DNA of 64,000 nucleotides. Source: Escherichia coli. GTDB lineage: Bacteria > Pseudomonadota > Gammaproteobacteria > Enterobacterales > Enterobacteriaceae. The stretch's first letter is position 1. Each line of letters starts with the position of its first letter. Below are positions 9,810 through 26,106 of this stretch, one piece after another. A model generated the notes under the pieces. That model was not told where the DNA came from. It saw nothing but the letters and a program-made list of their open reading frames with translations, and searched no databases. A program made the translations under genes and the position numbers. The stretch lies in NCBI RefSeq assembly GCF_003334305.1, contig NZ_QOWS01000003.1; one strand, 5' to 3'.

Positions 9810-9908
9810 CCATTGGTCTGTCAGAAGAAACGTTCAGGAAGCAGACATGATTGCTCCCGGCATCCCGTCATTATCAGAGAGGATGCGGGAGGATGCCACT
9901 TTAATTAA

Positions 9909-10769
9909 CTAGTTATTAACATTAAAAAGATGGCTTACGCTTTCGGCTAACGTTGTCGTTGGGCGGCCAATCAATTTGCTAAGCGTTTTGCTGTCATCAA
10001 ACAGACCGCCTTTCGATGCGCCAACGTCAGAATCCGCCAGCATATCCGCCAGTCCGTCGGGCAGTCCGACGCTTTTCAGTGCCGCGGCGAAATCGGCTTC
10101 GCTCAGATTTTGATAGGTAACCTGTTTGCCGCTCTGTTTGGTCAGCTCTGCCGCTAACTGTGTCAACGTCCAGGCACTATCGCCCGCCAGTTCGTAAACC
10201 TTGCCTTCGTGACCGGCTTCGCTAATCACGCGTGCCGCAGCTGCCGCATAATCTGCCCGCGTTGCTGAGGCGATTTTGCCATCGCCCGCCGCACCGATAA
10301 ATACGCCGTGTTCCAGTGCTGCCGGGGCGCTGGCGAGGTAGTTTTCGCTGTACCAGCCGTTGCGCAGCAGGGTGTAAACGATGCCAGAATCAGCCAACAT
10401 TTTCTCCGTCTCGATGTGCTCATCGGCGAGGCCGAGCGGGGAGGTATCTGCATGTAGCAGGCTGGTATAAGCGATAAATTTCACACCAGCCGCCTTTGCG
10501 GCATTAATAACATTACGATGCTGCGGGGCACGTTGACCCACTTCGCTGGAAGAGATCAGCAGTAGTTTTTCCACTCCCTGAAGTGCAGATGTCAGTGCGG
10601 CTTCATCGCCGTAGTCAGCCTGACGCACGGTAATGCCTTGTGCTGCCAGAGCCTGGGCTTTTGCCGGATTACGAACGATAGCCACTATTTGGCTGACAGG
10701 AACCGTTTTCTTCAAGGATTCAATAACATAGTGACCAAGTTGGCCAGTGGCACCAGTAATAGCGATCAT
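9909..10769 (-). CDS. qorB: NAD(P)H:quinone oxidoreductase (NmrA-like)
   Basis: 286-aa protein with N-terminal GATGQLG Rossmann motif recognised as QorB/YtfG; divergent from ytfH. Confidence 0.9.
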   Translation of the reverse strand: MIAITGATGQLGHYVIESLKKTVPVSQIVAIVRNPAKAQALAAQGITVRQADYGDEAALTSALQGVEKLLLISSSEVGQRAPQHRNVINAAKAAGVKFIAYTSLLHADTSPLGLADEHIETEKMLADSGIVYTLLRNGWYSENYLASAPAALEHGVFIGAAGDGKIASATRADYAAAAARVISEAGHEGKVYELAGDSAWTLTQLAAELTKQSGKQVTYQNLSEADFAAALKSVGLPDGLADMLADSDVGASKGGLFDDSKTLSKLIGRPTTTLAESVSHLFNVNN

Positions 10770-10817
10770 GGGAAGTCTCCATCGTTTTGTCTTGTGTTTA
10801 AATACGCTAACACCTAA

Positions 10818-10834
10818 ACTTACTTTTAGTAAGT
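10818..10834. promoter_or_regulatory. inverted repeat ACTTAC-N5-GTAAGT in the qorB/ytfH divergent region; candidate YtfH (HxlR-family) operator
   Basis: 6-5-6 inverted repeat between divergent qorB and ytfH starts. Confidence 0.35.
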
Positions 10835-10857
10835 ACGCACAAAAAGGTAAGTATGAA

Positions 10858-11238
10858 ATGAGTCAGGTTAGCCTGTCGCAACAACTGAAAGAGGGTAATC
10901 TCTTTGCGGAACAGTGCCCGTCGCGCGAGGTGTTGAAACACGTCACCAGCCGTTGGGGGGTGTTGATTCTGGTGGCGCTACGCGAAGGTACTCATCGCTT
11001 TAGCGACCTGCGGCGCAAAATCGGCGGGGTGAGCGAAAAGATGCTTGCGCAGTCGTTACAGGCGTTAGAACAGGATGGTTTTCTTAACCGTATCGCGTAT
11101 CCGGTGGTGCCGCCGCATGTGGAATATAGCCTCACGCCGCTGGGCGAGCAGGTGAGCGAAAAGGTTGCTGCACTGGCGGACTGGATTGAGTTGAATTTGC
11201 CCGAGGTGTTGGCGGTGCGGGATGAACGTGCGGCATAA
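10858..11238 (+). CDS. ytfH: HxlR-family transcriptional regulator
   Basis: 126-aa protein from ATG 10858 with HxlR-type winged helix; ORF-track start 10747 overlaps qorB and is unlikely. Confidence 0.85.
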   Translation: MSQVSLSQQLKEGNLFAEQCPSREVLKHVTSRWGVLILVALREGTHRFSDLRRKIGGVSEKMLAQSLQALEQDGFLNRIAYPVVPPHVEYSLTPLGEQVSEKVAALADWIELNLPEVLAVRDERAA

Positions 11239-11239
11239 C

Positions 11240-11335
11240 TGCCGGATGCGCTGAGCTTATCTGGTCTACGGTGCATGGCTTGTAGGGCGGATAAGATGCG
11301 CCAGCATCGCATCCGCCAATAAATGCCGGATGCGG
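11240..11335. repeat. REP/BIME cluster between ytfH and cpdB
   Basis: Copies of the GCCGGATGCG / GTAGGGCGGATAAG palindromic-unit motifs. Confidence 0.8.
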
Positions 11336-11366
11336 TTGATGATTTATAGGCCGAAAAAGAAGTGTT

Positions 11367-13310
11367 TTACTTACTCAAATCCACCTGATAAATCGCAAAC
11401 CCGATATCATCGGTCGCGACTTTATTCATCGGATATTGCCCTTTCTCTTTAATAAACGCTGCGGCTTTATCTGACGGGGAAGTTTCGAAACGGATATCCA
11501 GTTTCTTATCGCCAGCAATCGGTGCTAAACGCCAGTTGTTATCTGCCGCCGGGTGAATTTCCCCCGCACGCTTCGACTCATCAGCAATCCACGCTGCCAG
11601 CACCGAGCGGTTCTCATCCGGTGAAGCAAAAGCGATATGGCTGTCGCCCGTACCGGCAAATTTGCCACCGTAAGCGCGATAGTTATTGGTGGCAACCAGG
11701 AACATAGCGTTCGGATCAATCGGCTTGCCATTAAAGGTCAGGTTCTTAATCCGCTCTGCATTGGCATTAATCATCTGGCACTCGCCGTCATAACGGGCGG
11801 GTTGGGTAACATCAATCTGATAATTCACACCATCAATAACATCAAAGTTATAAGTGCGGAAACCATCCCAGTTGATGAGTGACTGTGGTTTCGTGCTGTT
11901 AGGATCAATCTGGTTAAACTGTCCGGCGGAGCACTCCAGCCACTCTTTCACCTCTTTACCGCTGGCTTTCACCACAATCAGTGTATTGGGGTAGAGATAA
12001 AGATCGGCGGCATTACGGAAGGTCAACTGGCCTTTTTCCACCTCCACATAGCTTGCCGGGTCATTTTTGCGACCACCAACTTTAAACGGTGCGGCAGCTG
12101 AAAGCACCGGCAGTTTTGCCAGATCCGGATCGCCCTGAATGTAATGTTCGACATACGCTTTTTGCGCGTTGTTCACCACCTGCACGGTCGGATCGTCCTG
12201 CACCAGTGCCAGATAGCTATACATATTGTCGGCAGATTTACCGATTGGCTTGCTGACGAACTGGCGTGTGGCATCGTGATCGGCTTTGAGTGTTTCTACC
12301 AGCTTGCTGTCTTCCGCCGCGAGGGATTTTTTATTAGCGATGTCGTAAATCGGTCGTGCTTCCGCTTTCGCCTGCGTCACCTGCCATTTACCGCTGTCAT
12401 TACTGAGTTGTAAGTCGACCACACCAAGATGATCGCCCCACATGCCTGGCATTACCGCCGGAACACCATTCAGCGTGCCTTTCGCGATATCAGCTCCTTC
12501 GATATCAGCAAAATCTTTACTTGGGAAAACGGCGTGAGCATGGCCAAACATAATGGCGTCAACACCCGGAATTTCACTGAGATAATAAACTGAGTTTTCC
12601 GCCATCACTTTATACGGATCGGCAGACAGCCCGGAATGCGCCAGAACGACAACGAGATCGGCACCTTTCTCACGCATTTCAGGCACGTATTTGCGCACAG
12701 TTTCTGTTATATCGTTAACGGTGACTTTGCCGGACAAATTGGCTTTATCCCACCCCATAATCTGCGGCGGCACGACGCCAATATAGCCAATCTTTAACGT
12801 CTGTTTTTTTCCGTCTTTATCGACCACTTCGGTGTCTTTAATTAAATACGGTGTAAACATGGGCTGTTTGGTTTTTGCGTCAATGACGTTGGCATTTACA
12901 TAAGGGAATTTCGCTCCTGCCAACGCATTTTTCAGGTAATCCAGACCGTAGTTAAACTCGTGGTTGCCAAGCGTGCCGACGGTATAGTCCAGCGTATTTA
13001 ATGCCTTATAGACCGGGTGAATATCTCCGGCTTTTAATCCTTTCGCCGACATGTAATCGGCCAGCGGACTTCCCTGGATCAAGTCGCCGTTATCCACCAG
13101 CACGCTATTTTTGACTTCATTGCGGGCATCGTTAATCAGGCTTGCGGTGCGTACCAGTCCGAACTTTTCCGTGGCGGTGTCTTTGTAATAATCGAAATCC
13201 ATCATGTTGCTATGCAGATCAGTGGTTTCCATGATACGCAGATCGACCGTCGCTGCATTCACACTGGCGGCAATCAGCGTGGCCAGGAGCGTTGCGCTAA
13301 ACTTAATCAT
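11367..13310 (-). CDS. cpdB: periplasmic 2',3'-cyclic-nucleotide 2'-phosphodiesterase / 3'-nucleotidase
   Basis: Protein recognised as CpdB with signal peptide and metallophosphatase motifs; start may be 13310 (MIKF...) or 13319 (ORF track). Confidence 0.9.
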   Translation of the reverse strand: MIKFSATLLATLIAASVNAATVDLRIMETTDLHSNMMDFDYYKDTATEKFGLVRTASLINDARNEVKNSVLVDNGDLIQGSPLADYMSAKGLKAGDIHPVYKALNTLDYTVGTLGNHEFNYGLDYLKNALAGAKFPYVNANVIDAKTKQPMFTPYLIKDTEVVDKDGKKQTLKIGYIGVVPPQIMGWDKANLSGKVTVNDITETVRKYVPEMREKGADLVVVLAHSGLSADPYKVMAENSVYYLSEIPGVDAIMFGHAHAVFPSKDFADIEGADIAKGTLNGVPAVMPGMWGDHLGVVDLQLSNDSGKWQVTQAKAEARPIYDIANKKSLAAEDSKLVETLKADHDATRQFVSKPIGKSADNMYSYLALVQDDPTVQVVNNAQKAYVEHYIQGDPDLAKLPVLSAAAPFKVGGRKNDPASYVEVEKGQLTFRNAADLYLYPNTLIVVKASGKEVKEWLECSAGQFNQIDPNSTKPQSLINWDGFRTYNFDVIDGVNYQIDVTQPARYDGECQMINANAERIKNLTFNGKPIDPNAMFLVATNNYRAYGGKFAGTGDSHIAFASPDENRSVLAAWIADESKRAGEIHPAADNNWRLAPIAGDKKLDIRFETSPSDKAAAFIKEKGQYPMNKVATDDIGFAIYQVDLSK

Positions 13311-13499
13311 CAGGGACATCCTTTTATTATCGGGAATACGAAAGAAAAGGGAGAATAAACGTCTTACTTATAGAACAGTGAAGAATGCCACAATTTTACG
13401 CTTTGAAAATGATGACACTATCACAGTTGGCGCATTCATTAACGATAGGGTATAAGTAAAACAATAAGTTAACACCGCTCACAGAGACGAGGTGGAGAA

Positions 13500-14240
13500 A
13501 TGTTAGATCAAGTATGCCAGCTTGCACGGAATGCAGGCGATGCCATTATGCAGGTCTACGACGGGACGAAACCGATGGACGTCGTCAGCAAAGCGGACAA
13601 TTCTCCGGTAACGGCAGCGGATATTGCCGCACACACCGTTATCATGGACGGTTTACGTACGCTGACACCGGATATTCCGGTCCTTTCTGAAGAAGATCCT
13701 CCCGGTTGGGAAGTCCGTCAGCACTGGCAGCGTTACTGGCTGGTAGACCCGCTGGATGGTACTAAAGAGTTTATTAAACGCAATGGCGAATTCACCGTTA
13801 ACATTGCGCTCATTGACCATGGCAAACCGATTTTAGGTGTGGTGTATGCGCCGGTAATGAACGTAATGTACAGCGCGGCAGAAGGCAAGGCCTGGAAAGA
13901 AGAGTGCGGTGTGCGCAAGCAGATTCAGGTCCGCGATGCGCGCCCGCCGCTGGTGGTTATCAGCCGTTCCCATGCAGATGCGGAGCTGAAAGAGTATCTG
14001 CAACAGCTTGGCGAACATCAGACCACGTCCATCGGCTCTTCGCTGAAATTCTGCCTGGTGGCGGAAGGACAGGCGCAGCTGTACCCGCGCTTCGGACCAA
14101 CGAATATTTGGGACACCGCCGCTGGACATGCTGTGGCCGCAGCTGCCGGAGCGCACGTTCACGACTGGCAGGGTAAACCGCTGGATTACACTCCGCGCGA
14201 GTCGTTCCTGAATCCTGGGTTCAGAGTGTCTATTTATTAA
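13500..14240 (+). CDS. cysQ: 3'(2'),5'-bisphosphate nucleotidase
   Basis: 246-aa protein recognised as CysQ (inositol-monophosphatase fold, WLVDPLDGT motif). Confidence 0.95.
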   Translation: MLDQVCQLARNAGDAIMQVYDGTKPMDVVSKADNSPVTAADIAAHTVIMDGLRTLTPDIPVLSEEDPPGWEVRQHWQRYWLVDPLDGTKEFIKRNGEFTVNIALIDHGKPILGVVYAPVMNVMYSAAEGKAWKEECGVRKQIQVRDARPPLVVISRSHADAELKEYLQQLGEHQTTSIGSSLKFCLVAEGQAQLYPRFGPTNIWDTAAGHAVAAAAGAHVHDWQGKPLDYTPRESFLNPGFRVSIY

Positions 14241-14787
14241 TTAATTTATGCAGCAGGTCCATCACTTGCTGCACCTCTTCCTGAGTAAGCGCCCCGTCTT
14301 TGGCCCATTGCACGCGACCGTCTTTATCCAGCACCACTACAGCGGAACTTTTTTCATCCAGCTGCCAGGCACCGCGTGCGACGCCATTGCTATCAACAAT
14401 AAACTGCGACCAGGGATAAAGCTTTTTATTACTCTCCAGACTGCTGCGCACAAACATGCCGGAACCCGGAATTGCGTCGTCGGTGTTAACAATGGTGGTG
14501 GTCTGGTAACGATCGTGCGGTAACTTCGCTGATTTAATCGCTTCAATCAGCGTCGCGTTTTTCTCTTTTGCAGAGGTGCGACCAGCAATATGTTGCAGTA
14601 CTCGCACTTTTCCCACTAACTGCGCGCTGTTCCAGGTTTTGTAGCTAAACTGATCTTTATCAAGCACCAACTCGCCACGATCGGTGATGCCAATCGGCGG
14701 CACTCGCTGACCGGTTTCGAACTGATGTGCGGAAGCCATCATCGGCAACAGCAGGCAGGTGAGTGCCAGAATCTTGCGTAGGGTCAT
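14230..14787 (-). CDS. ytfJ: periplasmic YtfJ-family protein
   Basis: 185-aa protein with signal peptide recognised as YtfJ; its 3' end overlaps the cysQ 3' end by 11 nt. Confidence 0.85.
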   Translation of the reverse strand: MTLRKILALTCLLLPMMASAHQFETGQRVPPIGITDRGELVLDKDQFSYKTWNSAQLVGKVRVLQHIAGRTSAKEKNATLIEAIKSAKLPHDRYQTTTIVNTDDAIPGSGMFVRSSLESNKKLYPWSQFIVDSNGVARGAWQLDEKSSAVVVLDKDGRVQWAKDGALTQEEVQQVMDLLHKLINK

Positions 14788-15111
14788 GGTGTTTCCTTCT
14801 TATGATATGCAGGTGATCCGACCACTTGGGTCTGAGTTTTAATCATATGTGCTATTTATCGAATTTCCCGCAAGTGTGATGCCAGTTTGCGGTCAAGCGC
14901 ACAAATCATATGAAAAATGAATGCTTATACTGAAGACCGCGCTTCGGTAAAAAGATAATTCTGAATAATTGTAACCTTTAGGTAAAAAAAGTTATACGCG
15001 GTGGAAACATTGCCCGGATAGTCTATAGTCACTAAGCATTAAAATTTGCGCCTCATAATAGTTGGGCCGATTGTGGCACCGCACAGGCGTAATACTCAGC
15101 AGGAGATAACA

Positions 15112-15318
15112 ATGAAAATTTTCCAACGGTACAACCCACTTCAGGTGGCGAAGTACGTAAAGATCCTGTTCCGTGGACGGTTATACATCAAGGACGTTGG
15201 CGCTTTTGAATTTGATAAGGGTAAGATTCTTATCCCAAAAGTGAAGGATAAGCTGCATTTGTCAGTGATGTCCGAAGTTAACCGTCAGGTTATGCGTCTG
15301 CAAACAGAGATGGCTTAA
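15112..15318 (+). CDS. ytfK: small DUF1107 protein YtfK (68 aa)
   Basis: Protein [30 protein letters not shown]... recognised; ATG 15112 with AGGAGA Shine-Dalgarno; ORF-track start 15046 is an upstream extension. Confidence 0.85.
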
Positions 15319-15341
15319 CCAAAGTGCTATGCAGTAATAAG

Positions 15342-15370
15342 ACGGCTCCTGATTCAGGAGCCGTTGATGT
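15342..15370. terminator. hairpin terminator between convergent ytfK and ytfL
   Basis: ACGGCTCCTGATTCAGGAGCCGT stem-loop downstream of both genes. Confidence 0.5.
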
Positions 15371-15379
15371 TTCTGGGGG

Positions 15380-16723
15380 TTACGCGACGCTTTCTTCTTT
15401 ATCTTTAGCGTCAGGCAGTTTTGGCGAAAGGGCGGTGGCCTTGCTGTCGATCCGGGTCACCAGCAGCTGGTCGATGCGGTAGTTATCGATATCCACCACT
15501 TCAAATTTGTAGCCGGCGAATTTCACCGAATCGGTGCGTTTCGGGATCTTACGCAGCATAAACATCATAAAGCCGCCGATGGTTTCGTAGTTGCCCGACT
15601 GCGGGAATTCGTCAATATCCAGCACGCGCATGACGTCGTCAATTGGGGTGCCGCCGTCAATCAGCCATGAGTTCTCATCACGGGCGACAATCTGCTCTTC
15701 CAGCCCCTGACCGACCAGATCGCCCATCAGCGTGGTCATCACGTCGTTGAGGGTGATGATCCCCACCACCAGCGCGTACTCGTTCATGATCACCGCGAAG
15801 TCTTCACCTGCGGTTTTAAAACTTTCCAACGCCTCTGAAAGGGTTAACGTATCCGGCACAATCAGCGTGTTGCGAATTTGTACGCCGCTGTTCAGTGCCA
15901 GGCTTTGGTTAGCCAGCACGCGGTTCAGCAGGTCTTTAGAATCGACATATCCGATGATGTGGTCAATATCTTCATTACAGACGAGAAACTTAGAGTGCGG
16001 ATGTTCCGCCACCTTATTCTTCAGGCTTTGCTCATCTTCGTGGAGATCAAACCAAATCACGTTTTCACGCGGTGTCATTGAAGACGGAACGGTACGGGAT
16101 TCCAGCTCAAAGACGTTTTCAATCAGCTCGTGTTCCTGTTTACGTAACACGCCCGCCAGCGCACCGGCTTCCACTACCGCGTAGATGTCATCAGAAGTGA
16201 TGTCATCTTTACGTACCATTGGCAGTTTGAAAATACGGAAGATCATGTTCGCCAGGCCGTTGAAGAACCACACCAGCGGGGTGCATACGTACAGGCAGAA
16301 GCGCATCGGGTTGATGATACGCAAAGCTACCGCTTCTGGCGCAATCATACCGATGCGTTTCGGGGTTAAATCCGCAAACAGGATAAACATGCCAGTCACT
16401 AACGAGAAAGAGAGAATAAAGCTCAGTTGCTCAGAGAGTTCTGCCGACATATAGCGGGAGAACAGGCTGTGAAAAGCTGGAGAAAATGCCGCATCACCGA
16501 CGATACCGCCGAGAATCGCCACTGCGTTCAGACCGATTTGGACCACGGTAAAGAACATGCCGGGATTTTCCTGCATATTCAGAACGCGTTGGGCATTTAT
16601 ATTGCCTTCATCAGCCAGCAGTTTAAGTTTGATTTTGCGTGAGGCGGCAAGTGAGATCTCAGACATCGAGAAGAACGCACTTACAGCGATCAAGCAGAGT
16701 ATGACTAAAATACTGTTTAACAT
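15380..16723 (-). CDS. ytfL: inner-membrane protein with DUF21/CBS/CorC-HlyC domains
   Basis: 447-aa protein recognised as YtfL; conserved position between ytfK and msrA. Confidence 0.9.
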   Translation of the reverse strand: MLNSILVILCLIAVSAFFSMSEISLAASRKIKLKLLADEGNINAQRVLNMQENPGMFFTVVQIGLNAVAILGGIVGDAAFSPAFHSLFSRYMSAELSEQLSFILSFSLVTGMFILFADLTPKRIGMIAPEAVALRIINPMRFCLYVCTPLVWFFNGLANMIFRIFKLPMVRKDDITSDDIYAVVEAGALAGVLRKQEHELIENVFELESRTVPSSMTPRENVIWFDLHEDEQSLKNKVAEHPHSKFLVCNEDIDHIIGYVDSKDLLNRVLANQSLALNSGVQIRNTLIVPDTLTLSEALESFKTAGEDFAVIMNEYALVVGIITLNDVMTTLMGDLVGQGLEEQIVARDENSWLIDGGTPIDDVMRVLDIDEFPQSGNYETIGGFMMFMLRKIPKRTDSVKFAGYKFEVVDIDNYRIDQLLVTRIDSKATALSPKLPDAKDKEESVA

Positions 16724-16899
16724 ATCTTATCCGACCTTTCAGGCCAGATCCTCGGAAGGGGAAGTTGATTAATTTGTGTGAAATACACATTGAAAGCCGA
16801 TTCGAAGAAAGTGAACCGGCATTTTCAGTGGCTAGTATAGCGTAAGGTACTGTAAAGTCGCCAGAGGGTTAAAATTCAGACTGCTGATAAATGCAATAC

Positions 16900-17000
16900 T
16901 GCCTGATGCGCTATGCCGATCAGGCCTACGCAGTCCCTGCAATATATTGAATTTGGACGATTTTGTAGGCCTGGTAAGGCATTCACGCCGCATCTGGCAT
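16900..17000. repeat. REP/BIME cluster between msrA and ytfL
   Basis: GCCTGATGCG...CGATCAGGC and GTAGGCCTGGTAAGGC...GCCGCATC motifs. Confidence 0.75.
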
Positions 17001-17045
17001 AAACAAAACGCACTTTATCAACAATCTACATTTGTACCCGTAACG

Positions 17046-17675
17046 CTATGCTTCCGGTGGCAGACAGACGCCAATTCCACAGTAACCATACGGGTTTTTA
17101 TGCAGATATTGCTGGTGGTCATCTTCGGCATAATAAAACGGTGTGGCGTTAGCGATTTCCGTGGTGATGTGACGATCGTCATCGGCGGCAAGCATCGCCG
17201 CCTGAAAACGTTCCAGACTGGCGCGAGCTGCGGCATCCTGTTCTGGGGTCAGCGGATAAATCGCTGAACGATACTGCGTGCCGTGGTCATTGCCCTGACG
17301 CATTCCCTGGGCGGGATCGTGATTCTCCCAAAATACCTGTAGCAACTGCTCATAGCTGATGACGGAAGGATCGTAAACAATGCGTACCGCTTCGGCATGA
17401 CCCGTATCACCGGAGCACACTTCCCGATAAGTCGGATTTGGCGTATAGCCTCCGGTATAGCCTGCGGCGGTGCTGTAAACGCCGGGTAACTGCCAGAACA
17501 GACGCTCCACACCCCAGAAACAACCCATCGCAAAAATGGCAATCTCCATTCCGTCAGGTACATTGGTCATTGAGTGACCGTTGACCGCATGCAGCGTGGC
17601 TACGGGCATCGGGGTGTTACGTCCAGGCAGGGCATCGGCGGGGGAAACCAGATGCTTTTTATCAAATAAACTCAT
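17046..17675 (-). CDS. msrA: peptide methionine sulfoxide reductase A
   Basis: Protein [20 protein letters not shown]... with GCFWG active-site motif; ATG 17673-17675; ORF-track start 17741 is an upstream extension. Confidence 0.95.
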   Translation of the reverse strand: MSLFDKKHLVSPADALPGRNTPMPVATLHAVNGHSMTNVPDGMEIAIFAMGCFWGVERLFWQLPGVYSTAAGYTGGYTPNPTYREVCSGDTGHAEAVRIVYDPSVISYEQLLQVFWENHDPAQGMRQGNDHGTQYRSAIYPLTPEQDAAARASLERFQAAMLAADDDRHITTEIANATPFYYAEDDHQQYLHKNPYGYCGIGVCLPPEA

Positions 17676-17838
17676 GGTGTCGCTCTCCCGAAAATCGGTC
17701 ATTGGGGTTAAGGTTGTAACAAGAGGCGTATTTGCACACAATAACCACCGTGAATAGGTCTAAAGTAAAACATAAGAAATATTTGGGGTTTAGTCTGCTT
17801 TTTAATCCATATTACTGGATTTTTGTTAAGCCGTTTAA

Positions 17839-23390
<5,552 letters not shown>

Positions 23391-23392
23391 CA

Positions 23393-23734
23393 ATGCGAAT
23401 ATTTGTCTACGGCAGTTTACGCCACAAACAAGGCAACAGTCACTGGATGACCAATGCCCAGTTACTGGGCGATTTCAGTATCGATAACTACCAGTTGTAT
23501 AGCCTGGGCCACTATCCAGGCGCAGTTCCGGGGAACGGAACAGTACACGGTGAAGTTTATCGTATTGACAACGCCACGCTGGCCGAACTTGATGCCTTGC
23601 GCACCAGGGGCGGTGAATACGCGCGCCAGTTGATTCAGACGCCGTACGGGAGTGCATGGATGTACGTTTATCAACGACCCGTCGATGGATTAAAGCTAAT
23701 TGAAAGCGGCGACTGGTTAGACAGGGATAAGTAA
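23393..23734 (+). CDS. ytfP: gamma-glutamylcyclotransferase-family protein
   Basis: 113-aa protein MRIFVYGSLRHKQGNSHWM... with the family YGSL motif; starts 2 nt after the tamB stop. Confidence 0.85.
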   Translation: MRIFVYGSLRHKQGNSHWMTNAQLLGDFSIDNYQLYSLGHYPGAVPGNGTVHGEVYRIDNATLAELDALRTRGGEYARQLIQTPYGSAWMYVYQRPVDGLKLIESGDWLDRDK

Positions 23735-23745
23735 TAATAAAAGCA

Positions 23746-23770
23746 CGCCACCTTCGGGTGGCGTTGTTTT
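23746..23770 (+). terminator. intrinsic terminator after tamA-tamB-ytfP
   Basis: CGCCACCTTCGGGTGGCG hairpin followed by a T-rich run. Confidence 0.75.
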
Positions 23771-24058
23771 ATGCGATGTATCTCGCGATTTTTTTTTGTA
23801 ACTTTTCCATCTTTTGCTTTTCTCTCCGAGCCGCTTTCCATATCTGCAATCGCATAAAAAACTCTGCTGGCGTTCACAAATGTGCAGGGGTAAAACGGGG
23901 GCACGCTTTGAACGGTGAGTATGAGTGAGGTCGGCTAACTTCCAGCAAGTGGCTATGAACAGCAAAATGGTGGTCGGGTTTGCTTGTTCTTACCGTTCAA
24001 GCCTTGCAACCGCTGAGAATAATGATGGTGGAATAGAGAGTTTATTTATCGCGGGCAT

Positions 24059-24097
24059 AAAAAAACCCTTACTAACCGAAGCCCGGCGTTCAGGGTT
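24059..24097 (-). terminator. intrinsic terminator after ppa
   Basis: On the minus strand a GC-rich hairpin followed by a 7-U run, about 15 bp past the ppa stop. Confidence 0.65.
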
Positions 24098-24113
24098 ATT
24101 GCGCTAGAAGAAC

Positions 24114-24644
24114 TTATTTATTCTTTGCGCGCTCGAAGGAAGCAACGATTTCAGCTTTAGCGGCTTCTGCGTTTTCCCAACCTTCAACTTTCACCCACTT
24201 GCCTTTTTCGAGGTCTTTGTAGTGCTCGAAGAAGTGAGCGATCTGCGCTTTCAGCAGCTCTGGCAGATCGTTAACGTCTTTAATGTGATCGTATTCTTTG
24301 CTCAGCTTTGTGTGCGGAACAGCAATCAGTTTCGCATCTTCACCGGCTTCGTCGGTCATTTTCAGAACGCCAACCGGACGGCAACGGATCACAGAACCCG
24401 GCTGCAGCGGGTACGGAGTCGGGACCAGTACGTCAACCGGGTCACCGTCCAGAGACAGGGTGTGGTTGATGTAACCGTAGTTGCACGGATAGAACATCGC
24501 GGTGGACATGAAGCGGTCAACGAACAGTGCGCCGCTCTCTTTGTCGATTTCGTATTTGATCGGATCTGCGTTAGCCGGGATCTCAATAACAACGTAGATG
24601 TCTTCCGGCAGATCTTTACCCGCAGGGACGTTGAGTAAGCTCAT
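24114..24644 (-). CDS. ppa: inorganic pyrophosphatase
   Basis: 176-aa protein [32 protein letters not shown]... recognised as Ppa. Confidence 0.97.
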   Translation of the reverse strand: MSLLNVPAGKDLPEDIYVVIEIPANADPIKYEIDKESGALFVDRFMSTAMFYPCNYGYINHTLSLDGDPVDVLVPTPYPLQPGSVIRCRPVGVLKMTDEAGEDAKLIAVPHTKLSKEYDHIKDVNDLPELLKAQIAHFFEHYKDLEKGKWVKVEGWENAEAAKAEIVASFERAKNK

Positions 24645-24862
24645 GTCTGTTTCCTTTAAAAATATGTGGCAAACAAGTGCCGAGTATTATAGCCAACTCG
24701 CGCCGAATGTCTTTGCTTGTTTTCGTCTTCATTTTCCTTTTTCGCCAGTTTTAAGACGGTATACAGAGCAGGAAAATCCATAACCGTAGCCGCATTTTTC
24801 ATAGTGAGATGAAAGCGATTACAAACTTGTGATTAACGTTTTATTTACTTTTTTGAAGTGTG

Positions 24863-24883
24863 ATGTAACGCAATCCGTTACAT
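24863..24883. promoter_or_regulatory. inverted repeat ATGTAACG-N5-CGTTACAT about 70 bp upstream of ytfQ; candidate operator
   Basis: Perfect 8-bp arms with 5-bp spacer in the ytfQRT-yjfF promoter region. Confidence 0.35.
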
Positions 24884-24953
24884 AACGAATTGTCTATAGT
24901 TTTTTCGCGAACATCTTTTCACCAATAATAATTACCCCGACGAGGACAACCCT

Positions 24954-25910
24954 ATGTGGAAACGCTTACTTGTAGTCTCTGCAGTCTCGGCAGCCATGTC
25001 GTCTATGGCGTTGGCCGCTCCATTAACCGTAGGATTTTCGCAGGTCGGATCGGAATCCGGCTGGCGCGCTGCAGAAACCAATGTAGCGAAAAGTGAGGCC
25101 GAAAAACGCGGAATTACGTTGAAAATTGCTGATGGTCAGCAAAAGCAGGAAAACCAGATTAAAGCGGTACGTTCCTTCGTTGCACAAGGGGTGGATGCGA
25201 TCTTTATCGCTCCGGTGGTCGCGACAGGTTGGGAACCGGTATTAAAAGAGGCGAAAGATGCCGAAATCCCGGTCTTCTTGCTCGACCGTTCCATCGATGT
25301 GAAAGACAAATCTCTCTATATGACCACCGTTACTGCCGACAACATCCTCGAAGGTAAGTTGATCGGTGACTGGCTGGTAAAAGAAGTGAATGGCAAACCA
25401 TGCAACGTGGTGGAGCTGCAGGGCACCGTTGGGGCCAGCGTCGCCATTGACCGTAAGAAAGGCTTTGCCGAAGCCATTAAGAATGCGCCAAATATCAAAA
25501 TCATCCGCTCGCAGTCAGGTGACTTCACCCGCAGTAAAGGCAAAGAAGTTATGGAGAGCTTTATCAAAGCGGAAAACAACGGCAAAAACATCTGCATGGT
25601 TTACGCCCATAACGATGACATGGTGATTGGCGCAATTCAGGCAATTAAAGAAGCGGGCCTGAAACCGGGCAAAGATATCCTCACGGGTTCCATTGACGGT
25701 GTACCCGATATCTACAAAGCGATGATTGATGGCGAAGCGAACGCCAGTGTTGAACTGACGCCGAATATGGCAGGTCCCGCCTTCGACGCGCTGGAGAAAT
25801 ACAAAAAAGACGGCACCATGCCTGAAAAGCTGACGCTGACCAAATCCACCCTTTATCTGCCTGATACCGCAAAAGAAGAGTTAGAGAAGAAGAAAAATAT
25901 GGGGTATTGA
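24954..25910 (+). CDS. ytfQ: galactofuranose ABC transporter periplasmic binding protein
   Basis: 318-aa protein with signal peptide recognised as YtfQ; followed by ytfR, ytfT and yjfF. Confidence 0.9.
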   Translation: MWKRLLVVSAVSAAMSSMALAAPLTVGFSQVGSESGWRAAETNVAKSEAEKRGITLKIADGQQKQENQIKAVRSFVAQGVDAIFIAPVVATGWEPVLKEAKDAEIPVFLLDRSIDVKDKSLYMTTVTADNILEGKLIGDWLVKEVNGKPCNVVELQGTVGASVAIDRKKGFAEAIKNAPNIKIIRSQSGDFTRSKGKEVMESFIKAENNGKNICMVYAHNDDMVIGAIQAIKEAGLKPGKDILTGSIDGVPDIYKAMIDGEANASVELTPNMAGPAFDALEKYKKDGTMPEKLTLTKSTLYLPDTAKEELEKKKNMGY

Positions 25911-25917
25911 GGGTTGC

Positions 25918-26075
25918 TATGCCTGATGCCGATTCGTAGGCCGGATAAGGCGCTCGCGCCGCATCCGGCGGTGGTGCGCTGAAGCCTGATGCGACGCTTA
26001 CCGCGTCTTATCATGCCTACGAGTTCGGTGCTCTGTGTAGGCCGGATAAGGCGTTCACGCCGCATCCGGCAGTGG
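25918..26075. repeat. REP/BIME cluster (about four palindromic units) downstream of ytfQ
   Basis: Repeated GCCTGATGCGACGC and GTAGGCCGGATAAGGCG...GCCGCATCCGGC units. Confidence 0.85.
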
Positions 26076-26106
26076 TGCAACACCGGACTTAACACCGTGC
26101 ACAATC

